From Christensenellaceae bacterium (GTDB lineage: Bacteria > Bacillota > Clostridia > Christensenellales > Christensenellaceae), in contig JAFWWA010000028.1 of the NCBI GenBank assembly GCA_017523755.1, forward strand, positions 608 through 64,607: a stretch of 64,000 nucleotides of DNA, in the 5' to 3' direction. Both the position numbers and the translations under genes were made by a program. Positions 30,121 through 38,842 of this stretch are shown here, piece by piece (position 1 is the stretch's first letter; each line of letters opens with the position of its first letter). Under the pieces are notes generated by a model that made no database searches, was not told where the DNA came from, and saw only the letters and a list, made by a program, of their open reading frames with translations.

Positions 30121-31020
30121 ATGGGATTTTTTGAAAAACTTAAGAGCGGCATGAAGAAGACCCGCGATAATATACAGGAGAAGATAGTTTCCGTCCTCAA
30201 TTCATTCACAAGGATAGATGAGGATCTTATGGACGAACTCGAAGAAGCGCTTATTCTATGCGACGTCGGAGCTGCTACATCGATGAAGCTCGTAGACCGG
30301 TTAAGAGGAAGGATCAAAAGCGAAGGGCTCAGATCGGCAGAAGATGTGAAAAACGCTCTTAAGGATGAGATCGCAAAGCTCGTCGATTTCGAGGATGTCC
30401 CTGACCGCTTTCCGAAGGTAATGCTGATAGTCGGCGTAAACGGTGTGGGTAAGACTACTTCCATCGGCAAGATCGCGAATCTGTATAAGAAAGCAGGAAA
30501 AAACGTTCTTATAGCTGCAGCTGATACCTTCAGGGCCGCAGCATCCGAACAGCTCGAGATCTGGGCTGATAGGGCCGGGGTGCCTATAGTCATGTACGGG
30601 CAGGGCCAGAACGATCCTGCAGCCGTAGTATATGATGCGCTCGACTCGGCAAAGCACAGAGGGAGCGATGTTATAATAATCGATACCGCAGGGAGGCTCC
30701 ACAACAAGGTGAACCTGATGAATGAGCTGCTCAAAATATCAAGAGTCATAGACCGCGAGTTCCCCGAGGCACAGAGAGAAACGCTTATCGTTCTTGATGC
30801 GACTACCGGACAGAATGCTCTTACACAGGTGAAAAAGTTTTCCGAGATAGTTCATACGGACGGGATCATACTGACAAAGCTTGACGGAACGGCAAAGGGC
30901 GGTATGGTACTTGCCATCAAGGATGAGACCGGGATACCTGTGAAATATATCGGTGTCGGAGAAGGAATAGACGATCTTGAAAGGTTCAACGGGCAGGAGT
31001 TTGCCGATACACTTCTCTGA
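30121..31020 (+). CDS. ftsY: Signal recognition particle receptor FtsY
   Basis: SRP-GTPase motifs GVNGVGKTT, DTAGR and TKLDGTAKGG. It directly follows smc, as in Bacillus. Confidence 0.95.
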   Translation: MGFFEKLKSGMKKTRDNIQEKIVSVLNSFTRIDEDLMDELEEALILCDVGAATSMKLVDRLRGRIKSEGLRSAEDVKNALKDEIAKLVDFEDVPDRFPKVMLIVGVNGVGKTTSIGKIANLYKKAGKNVLIAAADTFRAAASEQLEIWADRAGVPIVMYGQGQNDPAAVVYDALDSAKHRGSDVIIIDTAGRLHNKVNLMNELLKISRVIDREFPEAQRETLIVLDATTGQNALTQVKKFSEIVHTDGIILTKLDGTAKGGMVLAIKDETGIPVKYIGVGEGIDDLERFNGQEFADTLL

Positions 31021-31032
31021 CGGGCTGCCGAT

Positions 31033-31686
31033 ATGGTAAAAAGTATTGATGATTTAAAACAGTACTTGAACAAGGTCGGACTGATGCCATTGTTCGAGGG
31101 GAATATAAGGGGATTCTCGGTGGAGGAGATAACCGAGCCCTCTTCCTGGTGGTCGGACGATGAGGATGCAGATCCCTGGATCTGGAGGATGAAGATAGCC
31201 GAAGGACATCAGTTTGCATACGCAAAGCTTTTTGATAAAAAAGCGGGATTTGTTTCTCTTGGACTGTATCCTAAGTTTGCCTGCTACAGGAGAGACGGCT
31301 ACGACTTTGATACGCTGTATGAATGCGGGATGGCGTCCATGAATGAAAAAAAGATAATGGATGTCATAAATGATGCCGACGGTCCTGTCGCCTCCTATGA
31401 GCTGAGGAAAAAGTCGGGCATTAGGAAGGGGTTTGATACCGCACTTACATCCCTGCAGATGAAAACATATATTACGGTATGCGGATTCACAAGAAAAGTT
31501 AACAGGCAGGGCGAACCTTACGGCTGGCATGTTTCCCTTTTTCAGACTCCTGAAAAAGTATTCGGATATGATTTCGTAAGAAGCGAATACGGAAGGGAGA
31601 ATGTACTAGGAGATGAACTGACTGACATTATGAAAGGTGTGCTCCCGGGCACGGATGAAGCTCAGATCCGCGAGATGCTGAAGTGA
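31033..31686 (+). CDS. Hypothetical protein (217 aa); possibly an AlkZ/YcaQ-related winged-helix protein (weak recollection, unverified)
   Basis: Clean ORF with coding-like composition, starting 12 nt after ftsY. No catalytic motif that I recognise. The family assignment is from memory only. Confidence 0.5.
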   Translation: MVKSIDDLKQYLNKVGLMPLFEGNIRGFSVEEITEPSSWWSDDEDADPWIWRMKIAEGHQFAYAKLFDKKAGFVSLGLYPKFACYRRDGYDFDTLYECGMASMNEKKIMDVINDADGPVASYELRKKSGIRKGFDTALTSLQMKTYITVCGFTRKVNRQGEPYGWHVSLFQTPEKVFGYDFVRSEYGRENVLGDELTDIMKGVLPGTDEAQIREMLK

Positions 31687-31701
31687 TTTTTCTGAAATGA
31701 G

Positions 31702-31754
31702 AAAGCGCGGGCATGATATCAAGTAAAAATACTTGACATCGTACCCGCGCTTTT
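31702..31754 (+). terminator. Compound hairpin / probable terminator downstream of the 217-aa ORF
   Basis: Outer stem AAAGCGCGGG / CCCGCGCTTT and inner stem TCAAGTA aaaa TACTTGA with a 7x7 internal loop, followed by TTTTGT. Confidence 0.5.
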
Positions 31755-31761
31755 GTATATT
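31733..31761 (+). promoter_or_regulatory. Putative sigma-A promoter for ylxM-ffh-rpsP...
   Basis: Consensus TTGACA, a 17-nt spacer, then TATATT. It is embedded in the 3' half of the preceding hairpin. Confidence 0.5.
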
Positions 31762-31794
31762 ATAAAGGCTGATTCTTGGTTGCCGGAGGGACAT

Positions 31795-32112
31795 ATGAGG
31801 GAAGGCAAGGATATGGAAATAGCCTTGATGCTCGATTTTTATGAAGAGCTTCTCACCGAAAAGCAATCCGACGTCATGAGAAAATATTATGATGAGGATT
31901 ATTCTCTGGCAGAGCTTGCGAACGAACTCGGGATATCGAAACAGGCTGTCCAGTTTTCACTTAAGCAGGCAGAAAGAAAACTTGAATATTTTGAAGAAAA
32001 GCTTAAACTTATAAAAAGGTTCAATATCTCCCAGAAACTTATTGAAGCATATGAGAAGGGAAATGATATGGGACCTCTTGTAGAACTTCTCAGGGAATCC
32101 TGGGAAGACTGA
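31795..32112 (+). CDS. ylxM: YlxM/UPF0122 putative DNA-binding protein (sigma-70 region 4-like HTH) preceding ffh
   Basis: FYEELLTEKQSDVMRKYYDEDYSLAELANELGISKQAV matches the YlxM pattern and its conserved position upstream of ffh. I chose the ATG at 31795 because a GGAGGG lies 5-6 nt upstream. Alternative starts are 31753 and 31813. Confidence 0.85.
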   Translation: MREGKDMEIALMLDFYEELLTEKQSDVMRKYYDEDYSLAELANELGISKQAVQFSLKQAERKLEYFEEKLKLIKRFNISQKLIEAYEKGNDMGPLVELLRESWED

Positions 32113-32121
32113 GGAGATAAA

Positions 32122-33453
32122 ATGGCATTTGAAGGACTTGCCGATAAATTACAGACTGTTTTCAGAAAGCTGACCGGAAGAGGCAAACTTTCCGAGGCTG
32201 ATATAAAAGCCGCGATGAGAGAGGTCAGGCTTGCACTTCTTGAAGCTGACGTCAATTATCTTGTAGTAAAGGATTTTGTAAAAAGGATATCGGAAAAGGC
32301 AGTCGGGCAGGAAGTGATGAACAGCCTTACTCCGGGACAGCAGATAATAAAGATCGTCAGGGATGAGATGGTCGAACTGCTCGGAGGGACGAGGACCGCG
32401 ATGAATATCGCGTCAAAGCCGCCGACAGTGATCCTTATGGCAGGACTTCAAGGCGCAGGAAAAACGACCATGTGCGGAAAGCTCGGCGCATACTATAAAA
32501 AGCAGGGGAAAAGGCCCTTGCTTGTCGCATGTGACGTGTACAGGCCTGCAGCCATTGAGCAGCTGAAAGTTGTAGGTTCTCAGGCAGATGTTCCCGTATT
32601 CGAGATGGGGCAGATAAAGCCTGTTGAAATAGTCAGAGCAGCTTTTGATGAAGCGGACAGATACGGCTATGATATCGTGATCATAGATACTGCAGGCAGG
32701 CTCCATATCGATGATGAGATGATGGCTGAGTTGAAAGAGATCCGTGACTTTGCTGAACCTACGGAAACGCTGCTCGTGATAGACGCTATGACCGGTCAGG
32801 ATGCCGTGAATGCAGCAAAGGCTTTCAATGAAGAAGTGGAACTTACCGGAGTCATCCTCACAAAAGCTGACGGAGATACAAGAGGCGGCGCAGCACTTTC
32901 TGTCAAGGAAGTTACGGGAAAGCCTATCAAATTCCTCGGAGTAGGCGAGAAGCTTGATGATCTTGAGCCGTTTTATCCTGACAGAATGGCGAGCAGGATA
33001 CTGGGAATGGGAGATGTTCTCTCCCTTATTGAAAAAGCCGAGGCTGCTTTCGAAGAGAAAAAGGCGCTTGAACTTGCTGAAAAGATAAAAAAGGATAAGT
33101 TCGACCTGTCTGATTATCTGGACCAGATGCAGCAGATCAAAAATATGGGATCGATGCAGGACATACTGTCAATGATCCCGGGCGGGAACAAGATAGCCCC
33201 CGGAAGTATAGATGAAAAAGGCCTCTCGAGGGTCGAGGCGATCATACTCTCGATGACACCGGAAGAAAGAAAAGATCCTTCGGTGATCAACGGAAGCAGG
33301 AGAAGAAGGATCGCATCGGGAAGCGGTACCAGTGTCCAGGAAGTCAACAGACTTCTGAACCAGTTCGGGCAGATGAAGAAAATGATGAAGCAGTTTTCAG
33401 GAAAAGGTCTTGGAAAACGCGGTAAAAAAGGATTTATGGGGCTTCCTTTTTAA
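32122..33453 (+). CDS. ffh: Signal recognition particle protein Ffh
   Basis: GLQGAGKTT, DTAGR and TKADGDTRGG motifs, plus a Met-rich M domain (QMKKMMKQF). Confidence 0.95.
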   Translation: MAFEGLADKLQTVFRKLTGRGKLSEADIKAAMREVRLALLEADVNYLVVKDFVKRISEKAVGQEVMNSLTPGQQIIKIVRDEMVELLGGTRTAMNIASKPPTVILMAGLQGAGKTTMCGKLGAYYKKQGKRPLLVACDVYRPAAIEQLKVVGSQADVPVFEMGQIKPVEIVRAAFDEADRYGYDIVIIDTAGRLHIDDEMMAELKEIRDFAEPTETLLVIDAMTGQDAVNAAKAFNEEVELTGVILTKADGDTRGGAALSVKEVTGKPIKFLGVGEKLDDLEPFYPDRMASRILGMGDVLSLIEKAEAAFEEKKALELAEKIKKDKFDLSDYLDQMQQIKNMGSMQDILSMIPGGNKIAPGSIDEKGLSRVEAIILSMTPEERKDPSVINGSRRRRIASGSGTSVQEVNRLLNQFGQMKKMMKQFSGKGLGKRGKKGFMGLPF

Positions 33454-33498
33454 GAAGTCTTTTAGTGATATTTAAATAATTTTCAGGAGGAAAATGAT

Positions 33499-33738
33499 AT
33501 GGCAGTAAAAATGAGATTGAAGAGAATGGGAGCTAAGAAAAAACCCTTCTACAGGATCGTCATAGCTGATGAGAGAGCACCCAGGAACGGCAGATTTATT
33601 GAGGAGATCGGAAACTATGATCCTTCGACAAAGGCTCTTAACATCAAGGGAGAGGTAGCTAAGGACTGGCTCAACAAGGGCGTTCAGCCTTCGGATACGG
33701 TAAGATCACTTCTTAAAAAGAATGGTATCATCGAATAA
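33499..33738 (+). CDS. rpsP: 30S ribosomal protein S16
   Basis: [24 protein letters not shown] is the canonical S16 N-terminus. Confidence 0.95.
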   Translation: MAVKMRLKRMGAKKKPFYRIVIADERAPRNGRFIEEIGNYDPSTKALNIKGEVAKDWLNKGVQPSDTVRSLLKKNGIIE

Positions 33739-33749
33739 CGGAGATAGCG

Positions 33750-33983
33750 ATGCTTGAGCTTGTAGAATTCATAGTTAAATCACTTGTCGATAATCCGGAT
33801 GCTGTCGTGGTTGAGCAGAAAGAAACGGATGATGAAACAGTGACGATCGAGCTCCATGTTGCACAGGATGACATGGGAAAGGTCATCGGGAAACAGGGAA
33901 GAATAGCAAAGGCTATCCGCACTGTTGTCCGTGCCGCTTCTTCAAAAGAAGATAAAAAGTACATGGTGGAAATCGCAGAATGA
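33750..33983 (+). CDS. KH-domain RNA-binding protein (YlqC-like)
   Basis: GKVIGKQGRIAKAIRTV KH motif. 77 aa, in the conserved position between rpsP and rimM. Confidence 0.9.
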   Translation: MLELVEFIVKSLVDNPDAVVVEQKETDDETVTIELHVAQDDMGKVIGKQGRIAKAIRTVVRAASSKEDKKYMVEIAE

Positions 33984-34498
33984 AAAATGCTCCTTTGGAG
34001 ATCGGCAGAGTATTGAAGCCGCAGGCGCTGAAGGGTGAGTTGAAACTAAAATCGGATGCCCGGGATATCGATATATTCCGGGATCTTCCGTATGTCTATG
34101 TAAAACGCGGGAAAGAGCTTATCCGGTATGAAGTGGAGAAGTCCCGTACTTATAAGGGATTCGCATATCTTAAGCTCGCAGGGATCGAATCGTTCGAAGA
34201 GGCAGATGCCTTAAGAGGTGCCCATATCCTTGCTGACAGAGAATACGTATCACCTGTTTCAGAAGGCGAGTACTATATTGCAGATGTCATCGGTCTTAAA
34301 GTCTTTACCGAAGCAGGTGAAGATTTAGGGGAGATATATGATGTCATGCAGACAGGGAGTGCTGACATCTACTGTGTGAAAGGTGCAAAGAACTTCATGT
34401 TCCCCGCTGTTGAAATAGTGATTAATGAGATCGACATAGACGGTGGAACCATGACTGTTGAAAAAGAGAGGCTTAAAGAGGTCATGATCTATGATTGA
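33980..34498 (+). CDS. rimM: 16S rRNA-processing protein RimM
   Basis: GRVLKPQALKGELK N-terminus, a PRC-barrel C-terminus, and a 4-nt overlap with the KH gene. Confidence 0.9.
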   Translation: MKNAPLEIGRVLKPQALKGELKLKSDARDIDIFRDLPYVYVKRGKELIRYEVEKSRTYKGFAYLKLAGIESFEEADALRGAHILADREYVSPVSEGEYYIADVIGLKVFTEAGEDLGEIYDVMQTGSADIYCVKGAKNFMFPAVEIVINEIDIDGGTMTVEKERLKEVMIYD

Positions 34499-35285
34499 AT
34501 TCAATGTCCTGACTCTTTTTCCTGATATGTTCAGTTCCTTTAAAGAAACAAGCATCTGCAAAAGAGCGATAGATTCCGGAAGGATCAATATCGAACTTAT
34601 CGATTTCAGGAACTATACAGAGGATAAGCACAGAAGAGTGGATGATTATCCGTTCGGCGGCGGAGCAGGGATGCTGATAGGGCCGCAGAGCGTGTTTGAC
34701 TGCTTTTCTGATATCAGCAAGAAATGCGAAGGGAAAAAGACCAGGAACATCTTCATGTCTCCCTCAGGCAAGGTCCTGTCCCACGCAGATATCCTGAGGC
34801 TTTCAGAATATGAAACGATCAATATCCTGTGCGGACATTATGAAGGTGTGGATCAGAGGATCATTGACAATCTTATCGATGAAGAGATATCGATAGGCGA
34901 TTATGTGCTGACAGGCGGCGAACTGCCTGCGATGGTGCTGATGGATGCCGTAATGAGATATGTGCCGGGAGTCCTCGGCAATATCGAAAGTCTTGAAGCG
35001 GAATCCCACAGCGGCAGCGGCCTTCTTGAATATCCACAGTACACAAGACCTGAAGATTTCAGAGGGCTGAAGGTACCGGAGATACTGCTTTCCGGGCATC
35101 ATGCGAATATAAAAAAGTGGCAGAGACAAAAAGCTATCGAAAAGACTGCTGCAGTAAGACCTGAGCTGATCGAAAAAGCAGGCCTTGATGACGAAGAGAA
35201 GGCCATGGCTGAAAAGATAATAAAACGTTCCAGAGAAAAGATATGCACAGGCAGTACAAATAAACAAAAGACAGCAGAGGATTAA
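34491..35285 (+). CDS. trmD: tRNA (guanine37-N1)-methyltransferase TrmD
   Basis: LTLFPDMF, DDYPFGGGAGM, CGHYEGVDQR and YTRP motifs. It overlaps the rimM stop. Confidence 0.95.
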   Translation: MIEFNVLTLFPDMFSSFKETSICKRAIDSGRINIELIDFRNYTEDKHRRVDDYPFGGGAGMLIGPQSVFDCFSDISKKCEGKKTRNIFMSPSGKVLSHADILRLSEYETINILCGHYEGVDQRIIDNLIDEEISIGDYVLTGGELPAMVLMDAVMRYVPGVLGNIESLEAESHSGSGLLEYPQYTRPEDFRGLKVPEILLSGHHANIKKWQRQKAIEKTAAVRPELIEKAGLDDEEKAMAEKIIKRSREKICTGSTNKQKTAED

Positions 35286-35317
35286 GCAGCTTCAAGCTAA
35301 ACATAATAAGATGAAAT

Positions 35318-35357
35318 AAAAAATCCGCATGATAAACGTTTATCATGCGGATTTTTT
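35318..35357. terminator. Bidirectional intrinsic terminator (perfect 40-nt inverted repeat) between trmD and the convergent SH3b/NlpC-P60 gene
   Basis: AAAAAATCCGCATGATAAAC / GTTTATCATGCGGATTTTTT is perfectly self-complementary, with an A-run and a T-run on the two sides. Confidence 0.85.
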
Positions 35358-35366
35358 ACATTCACA

Positions 35367-38003
35367 TCAAAGAATGCTCACGGCCATTTCGATCTGCATA
35401 TCGGCATGGAAACTGCTATGGTCCCACATTCTTACTACACATTTGCCGATAGCTGAACTTGCTTCGATAAAATAGTGGTTGCCGTTGATGCATCCTGCAT
35501 AGATAGCGACATGGTGGATCTGCCTGAAACGTGTACAGGTCTTGCCGCAGGAACATCTTTCACCCTCAAGGTTCTTAAAGAATACAAGATCACCGGGAGC
35601 TATACTGTCGATATCGGTTTCATATGCGCTGAACTGGTTTGCCTGTCCTGCTGAAGTACGGCTGAAATTGTATCCCTCAGTTCCATAAACATATTTAGAC
35701 ACGGAAGAACAGTCGGCTGAAGAATACGGTATACCTGCGAATCTGAATGCCGCCATCAGTATCCGGTCTCTTTTTTTGTTTTTATTAAGAGTATTGACGT
35801 AATTGGTGATATCATCCTCATACTGTTTTGAGAGCATAGTCGTTTTAGAATAAACGTTTCCGATGATCACGGGAACACTGTTCGGAATGCATACACCTGA
35901 ATTGACAGTTACGGAACACTGAGCAAATGCTCCTTCCGAGTCAGTCACTGTTATCACAGCTGTTCCGGCAGCCAGTGCTTTAACTGTACCGTTTTTATCA
36001 ACACTGGCTATGCTTACCTTGCTTGATACCCAGGAAACGATCGTCCCGCCGGATGATGATGCTGAAAGATGCAGAGTATCCCCGACTGAAAGGATCGAAG
36101 ACCGATGGCTTATTGTGACCTTGCTGTTGTTGGCGGCAGTACCGGATGACAGAGTAACCGACAGATAGTCTCCTGAGCACCACCCGTATTTACCGTTATA
36201 GAAGATCTTATACCAATTCCCGCTCTTCTGATAGACTTTTACGACAGCACCGCCGGGAAGCGTACCTGTTTTCTCGTAGTTCGTACCCGGGCCGCTTCGT
36301 ATATTCATTGAATATACCGCAGTGCACTTTGCTGTACCTATGCTTCCGTCAGAACTTGTCGCGGAGGGCTGCGGAGCAGAAGAAACTGAAGGTGACGGCT
36401 TCACAGATGGGGAAGCTGAAGGAGATGTCTTTGAAGGCGATGGTGAAGGTGTCGAAACAGGATACAGCGATACTTTCAGATAATCTCCTGAAGCCCAGCA
36501 GTATTGTTTGTTGTAGTAGATCTTATACCAGTTTCCGCTCTTCTGGAACACTTTAACGGTGGTGCCTCCCGGGAGCGTTCCGACTTTGGCATAGCTCGTG
36601 CCAGGCCCTTTTCTAAGATTCATAGCGCTTCTGGCAGTACATTTAGCTGTACCTATGCTTCCGTCAGAATTTGAAGAGCCTGTTTTTGACGGCGAGGCTG
36701 AAGGAGTTGAAACGGTATACAGTGATACCTTAAGATAATCTCCTGAAGCCCAGCAGTATCGTTTATTATAGTAGATCTTATACCAGTTGCCGCTCTTCTG
36801 GAACACTTTAACGGTGGTGCCGCCTGGGAGCGTTCCGACTTTGGCATAGCTCGTACCGGGCCCTTTTCTGAGATTCATAGCGCTTCTGGCAGTACATTTA
36901 GCTGTACCGATACTTCCATCTGAGTTTTGCGCGGCAGAAGCGGAAGGAGCGGGAGCATTGTTTAATGTTACGCTGAGATAGTCACCTGAAGCCCAGCAGT
37001 ATTGTTTGTTGTAGTAGATCTTATACCAGTTGCCGCTTTTCTGGAACACTTTAACAGTGGTACCTCCCGGGAGCGTTCCGACTTTGGCATAGCTTGTTCC
37101 GGGGCCTTTCCTTAAATTCATATAGCTTTTGGCAAGACATTTAGCTGTACCGATACTTCCGTCTGAGACAGGTGAAGCAGTCGGCTTCGGTGTCGGTGTA
37201 GGAGTCGGCTTCGGTGTCGATGTAGGAGTCGGCTTCGGTGTCGGTGTAGGGGTCGGCTTCGGTGTCGGTGTAGGAGTCGGCTCGGGTGTTGGCGTGGGGG
37301 TCGGCTCGGGTGTTGGTTCAGGTGTTGGTTCAGGTGTTGGCTCGGGCGTAGGCTCGGCAGTTGGTTCGGGCGTTGGCGTAGGGGTCGGCTCGGGCGTCGG
37401 CGTGGGCGTCGGCTCGGGTGTCGGTGTAGGAGTCGGTTCGGACGTTGGCTCAGGTGTGGGATCCGGTTGAGGATCAGACTGGTAGGATTCGTTTTCTAAA
37501 TAACTGAGCTCTGAGGAGCTGACCCATACTAAAGAGTCGGCAAGCATAACCTTGAAGTATCCGTTTCTGAATTCATAGGCATTATACATGCTGCCGGACT
37601 CAAGGACACCTGATCTTTCTGCTGCCTCCGGATCCAAATAATATGCAATATCATCAGCTGTGGCAAGGACAGTCGCAACTGAGGCGGGATCAAATTCTAT
37701 CGTCTGTATGTCAGACGACATGACCCAACCGGTTTTTTCTCCGAACTGTATCTCTCTCCATTCTCCGTCTTCGGAATACAGATAGAACATGCCGTAAAAA
37801 GGGACCAGCCCTGTTATTTCGTTTTCATTTTCAGGCGCCGAAAAGATATTTGCTCCGTTTTGATTGATACACGAACCTACTTCGATGATCTCTGTCAAAG
37901 CGGATACCTTCAGGGCAGTCCCCGAAAGTACAGATGATATTATGGCTATGACAGTGATCAGTGCTGTGAAACTGGTAAGCCTTCTTTTTTGGAAAGCCGG
38001 CAT
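35367..38003 (-). CDS. Secreted multi-domain cell-wall hydrolase: signal peptide, 2 N-terminal SH3b-like domains, Pro-Thr linker, 4 tandem SH3b-like repeats, Big_2-like Ig domain, C-terminal NlpC/P60
   Basis: Signal/TM sequence ([17 protein letters not shown]). A (PTPEPT)n linker. Four repeats read [10 protein letters not shown]...[46 protein letters not shown]. Big_2-like segment ([45 protein letters not shown]). NlpC/P60 catalytic Cys ([13 protein letters not shown]) and His (HHVAIYAG). Confidence 0.85.
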   Translation of the reverse strand: MPAFQKRRLTSFTALITVIAIISSVLSGTALKVSALTEIIEVGSCINQNGANIFSAPENENEITGLVPFYGMFYLYSEDGEWREIQFGEKTGWVMSSDIQTIEFDPASVATVLATADDIAYYLDPEAAERSGVLESGSMYNAYEFRNGYFKVMLADSLVWVSSSELSYLENESYQSDPQPDPTPEPTSEPTPTPTPEPTPTPTPEPTPTPTPEPTAEPTPEPTPEPTPEPTPEPTPTPTPEPTPTPTPKPTPTPTPKPTPTSTPKPTPTPTPKPTASPVSDGSIGTAKCLAKSYMNLRKGPGTSYAKVGTLPGGTTVKVFQKSGNWYKIYYNKQYCWASGDYLSVTLNNAPAPSASAAQNSDGSIGTAKCTARSAMNLRKGPGTSYAKVGTLPGGTTVKVFQKSGNWYKIYYNKRYCWASGDYLKVSLYTVSTPSASPSKTGSSNSDGSIGTAKCTARSAMNLRKGPGTSYAKVGTLPGGTTVKVFQKSGNWYKIYYNKQYCWASGDYLKVSLYPVSTPSPSPSKTSPSASPSVKPSPSVSSAPQPSATSSDGSIGTAKCTAVYSMNIRSGPGTNYEKTGTLPGGAVVKVYQKSGNWYKIFYNGKYGWCSGDYLSVTLSSGTAANNSKVTISHRSSILSVGDTLHLSASSSGGTIVSWVSSKVSIASVDKNGTVKALAAGTAVITVTDSEGAFAQCSVTVNSGVCIPNSVPVIIGNVYSKTTMLSKQYEDDITNYVNTLNKNKKRDRILMAAFRFAGIPYSSADCSSVSKYVYGTEGYNFSRTSAGQANQFSAYETDIDSIAPGDLVFFKNLEGERCSCGKTCTRFRQIHHVAIYAGCINGNHYFIEASSAIGKCVVRMWDHSSFHADMQIEMAVSIL
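36163..37166. repeat. Four 191-bp intragenic repeat modules (SH3b-encoding) separated by variable linkers
   Basis: Modules lie at about 36163-36353, 36478-36668, 36733-36923 and 36976-37166. The middle two differ at only a handful of positions by eye. The fourth listed (36976-37166) is slightly more diverged, and the first (36163-36353) is clearly more diverged. Confidence 0.85.
37170..37470. repeat. Low-complexity periodic DNA (GGTGTCGG/GGCTCGGG-type units) encoding the Pro-Thr-Glu/Lys linker
   Basis: The plus strand reads ggcttcggtgtcggtgtaggagtc... repeated. The minus-strand translation is [14 protein letters not shown]...KPTPTPTP. Confidence 0.85.
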
Positions 38004-38074
38004 TTGAGTATTCCCCCTGCTGATTTTAAAAGACGAACTGAATAGTCTGTCATGACATATTGCAGTACAGTAAT

Positions 38075-38103
38075 TTTATAAAAAATGATATCCTGTTTTC
38101 AAA
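38075..38103 (-). promoter_or_regulatory. Candidate sigma-A promoter for the SH3b/NlpC-P60 gene
   Basis: On the minus strand: TTGAAA, a 16-nt spacer, then TATAAA, about 70 nt upstream of the ATG at 38003. AT-rich context, so specificity is low. Confidence 0.3.
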
Positions 38104-38347
38104 TAAAATATGTCTGCTATAGGATTCAAAATCAGTGAATTTACAGAATAATTACAAGGCAGGCACATAAATCTTCTGTTTCTATACCTGAATAGACGAT
38201 ATCCGTCATTCAGCAGTTCCGTTTATTTACACGATATTATCTCAGCTTTTAAAAGCTTTTTTCCTGTCGGCCGGTATCACGAACAGGCAACGATTTCTCT
38301 TTTTATATGCAGGAAGAGCGTGACAACGGTCATGTGCAATGTTTTTC

Positions 38348-38376
38348 TTGCATAATGTATTTTATGATGATATAAT
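38348..38376 (+). promoter_or_regulatory. Putative dedicated sigma-A promoter for rplS
   Basis: TTGCAT, a 17-nt spacer, then consensus TATAAT, about 75 nt upstream of rplS. Confidence 0.55.
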
Positions 38377-38455
38377 TTAGCACGTCGACTTTGGTGGTCC
38401 GCTGCCGGCTCATATTTTGGCATGAACACCGTATTGTAAAGGAGAAATGAGCAAA

Positions 38456-38797
38456 ATGAACGAACTGATTTCCTATGTGGAAAAGTCTCAGATCAGGAAG
38501 GATCTCCCTGAACTTGAGATAGGTGATCTTGTAAGGGTCTATGTAAAGATCAAAGAAGGATCGAGAGAAAGAATCCAGATGTTCGAAGGTCATCTGATAG
38601 CCAGAGATGGCGGTGGAGCTACCGAGACGATCACTGTACGCAGGATCTCTTACGGTGTAGGCGTGGAAAGGGTATTCCCCCTGCATTCTCCTAAGATAGA
38701 TCGAATTGAAAAAGTCAGAACAGGTAAAGTCAGAAGGGCTAAGCTGTATTATCTGAGAGGCAGAAAAGGCAAGGCTGCCAGGATCTCTGAAAGATAA
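38456..38797 (+). CDS. rplS: 50S ribosomal protein L19
   Basis: [35 protein letters not shown]...RERIQMFEG...[18 protein letters not shown]...[10 protein letters not shown] is canonical L19. The ORF-track start at 38447 adds MSK and lies only 2 nt after GGAG, so I prefer the ATG at 38456. Confidence 0.95.
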   Translation: MNELISYVEKSQIRKDLPELEIGDLVRVYVKIKEGSRERIQMFEGHLIARDGGGATETITVRRISYGVGVERVFPLHSPKIDRIEKVRTGKVRRAKLYYLRGRKGKAARISER

Positions 38798-38810
38798 AAA
38801 CTGGACTTTT

Positions 38811-38842
38811 AAAAAAAGGCTGAAGAGATTCAGCCTTTTTTT
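38811..38842 (+). terminator. Intrinsic terminator after rplS
   Basis: AAAAAAAGGCTGAA gaga TTCAGCCTTTTTTT. Confidence 0.85.

Noticed and set aside
26352-30749. Several long minus-strand ORFs (26352-26900, 28074-28691, 28860-29219, 29317-29939, 29958-30749) antisense to smc and ftsY
   Set aside because: All are S/L/A/F-rich, low-complexity translations opposite E/K/L-rich coiled-coil codons of smc. They have no RBS or motif support, and the sense-strand genes are unambiguous.
37129-37470. 113-aa plus-strand ORF encoding a (GVGVGS)n-like peptide
   Set aside because: It is simply the reverse complement of the Pro-Thr linker repeat of the 878-aa minus-strand gene. There is no independent start or RBS context.
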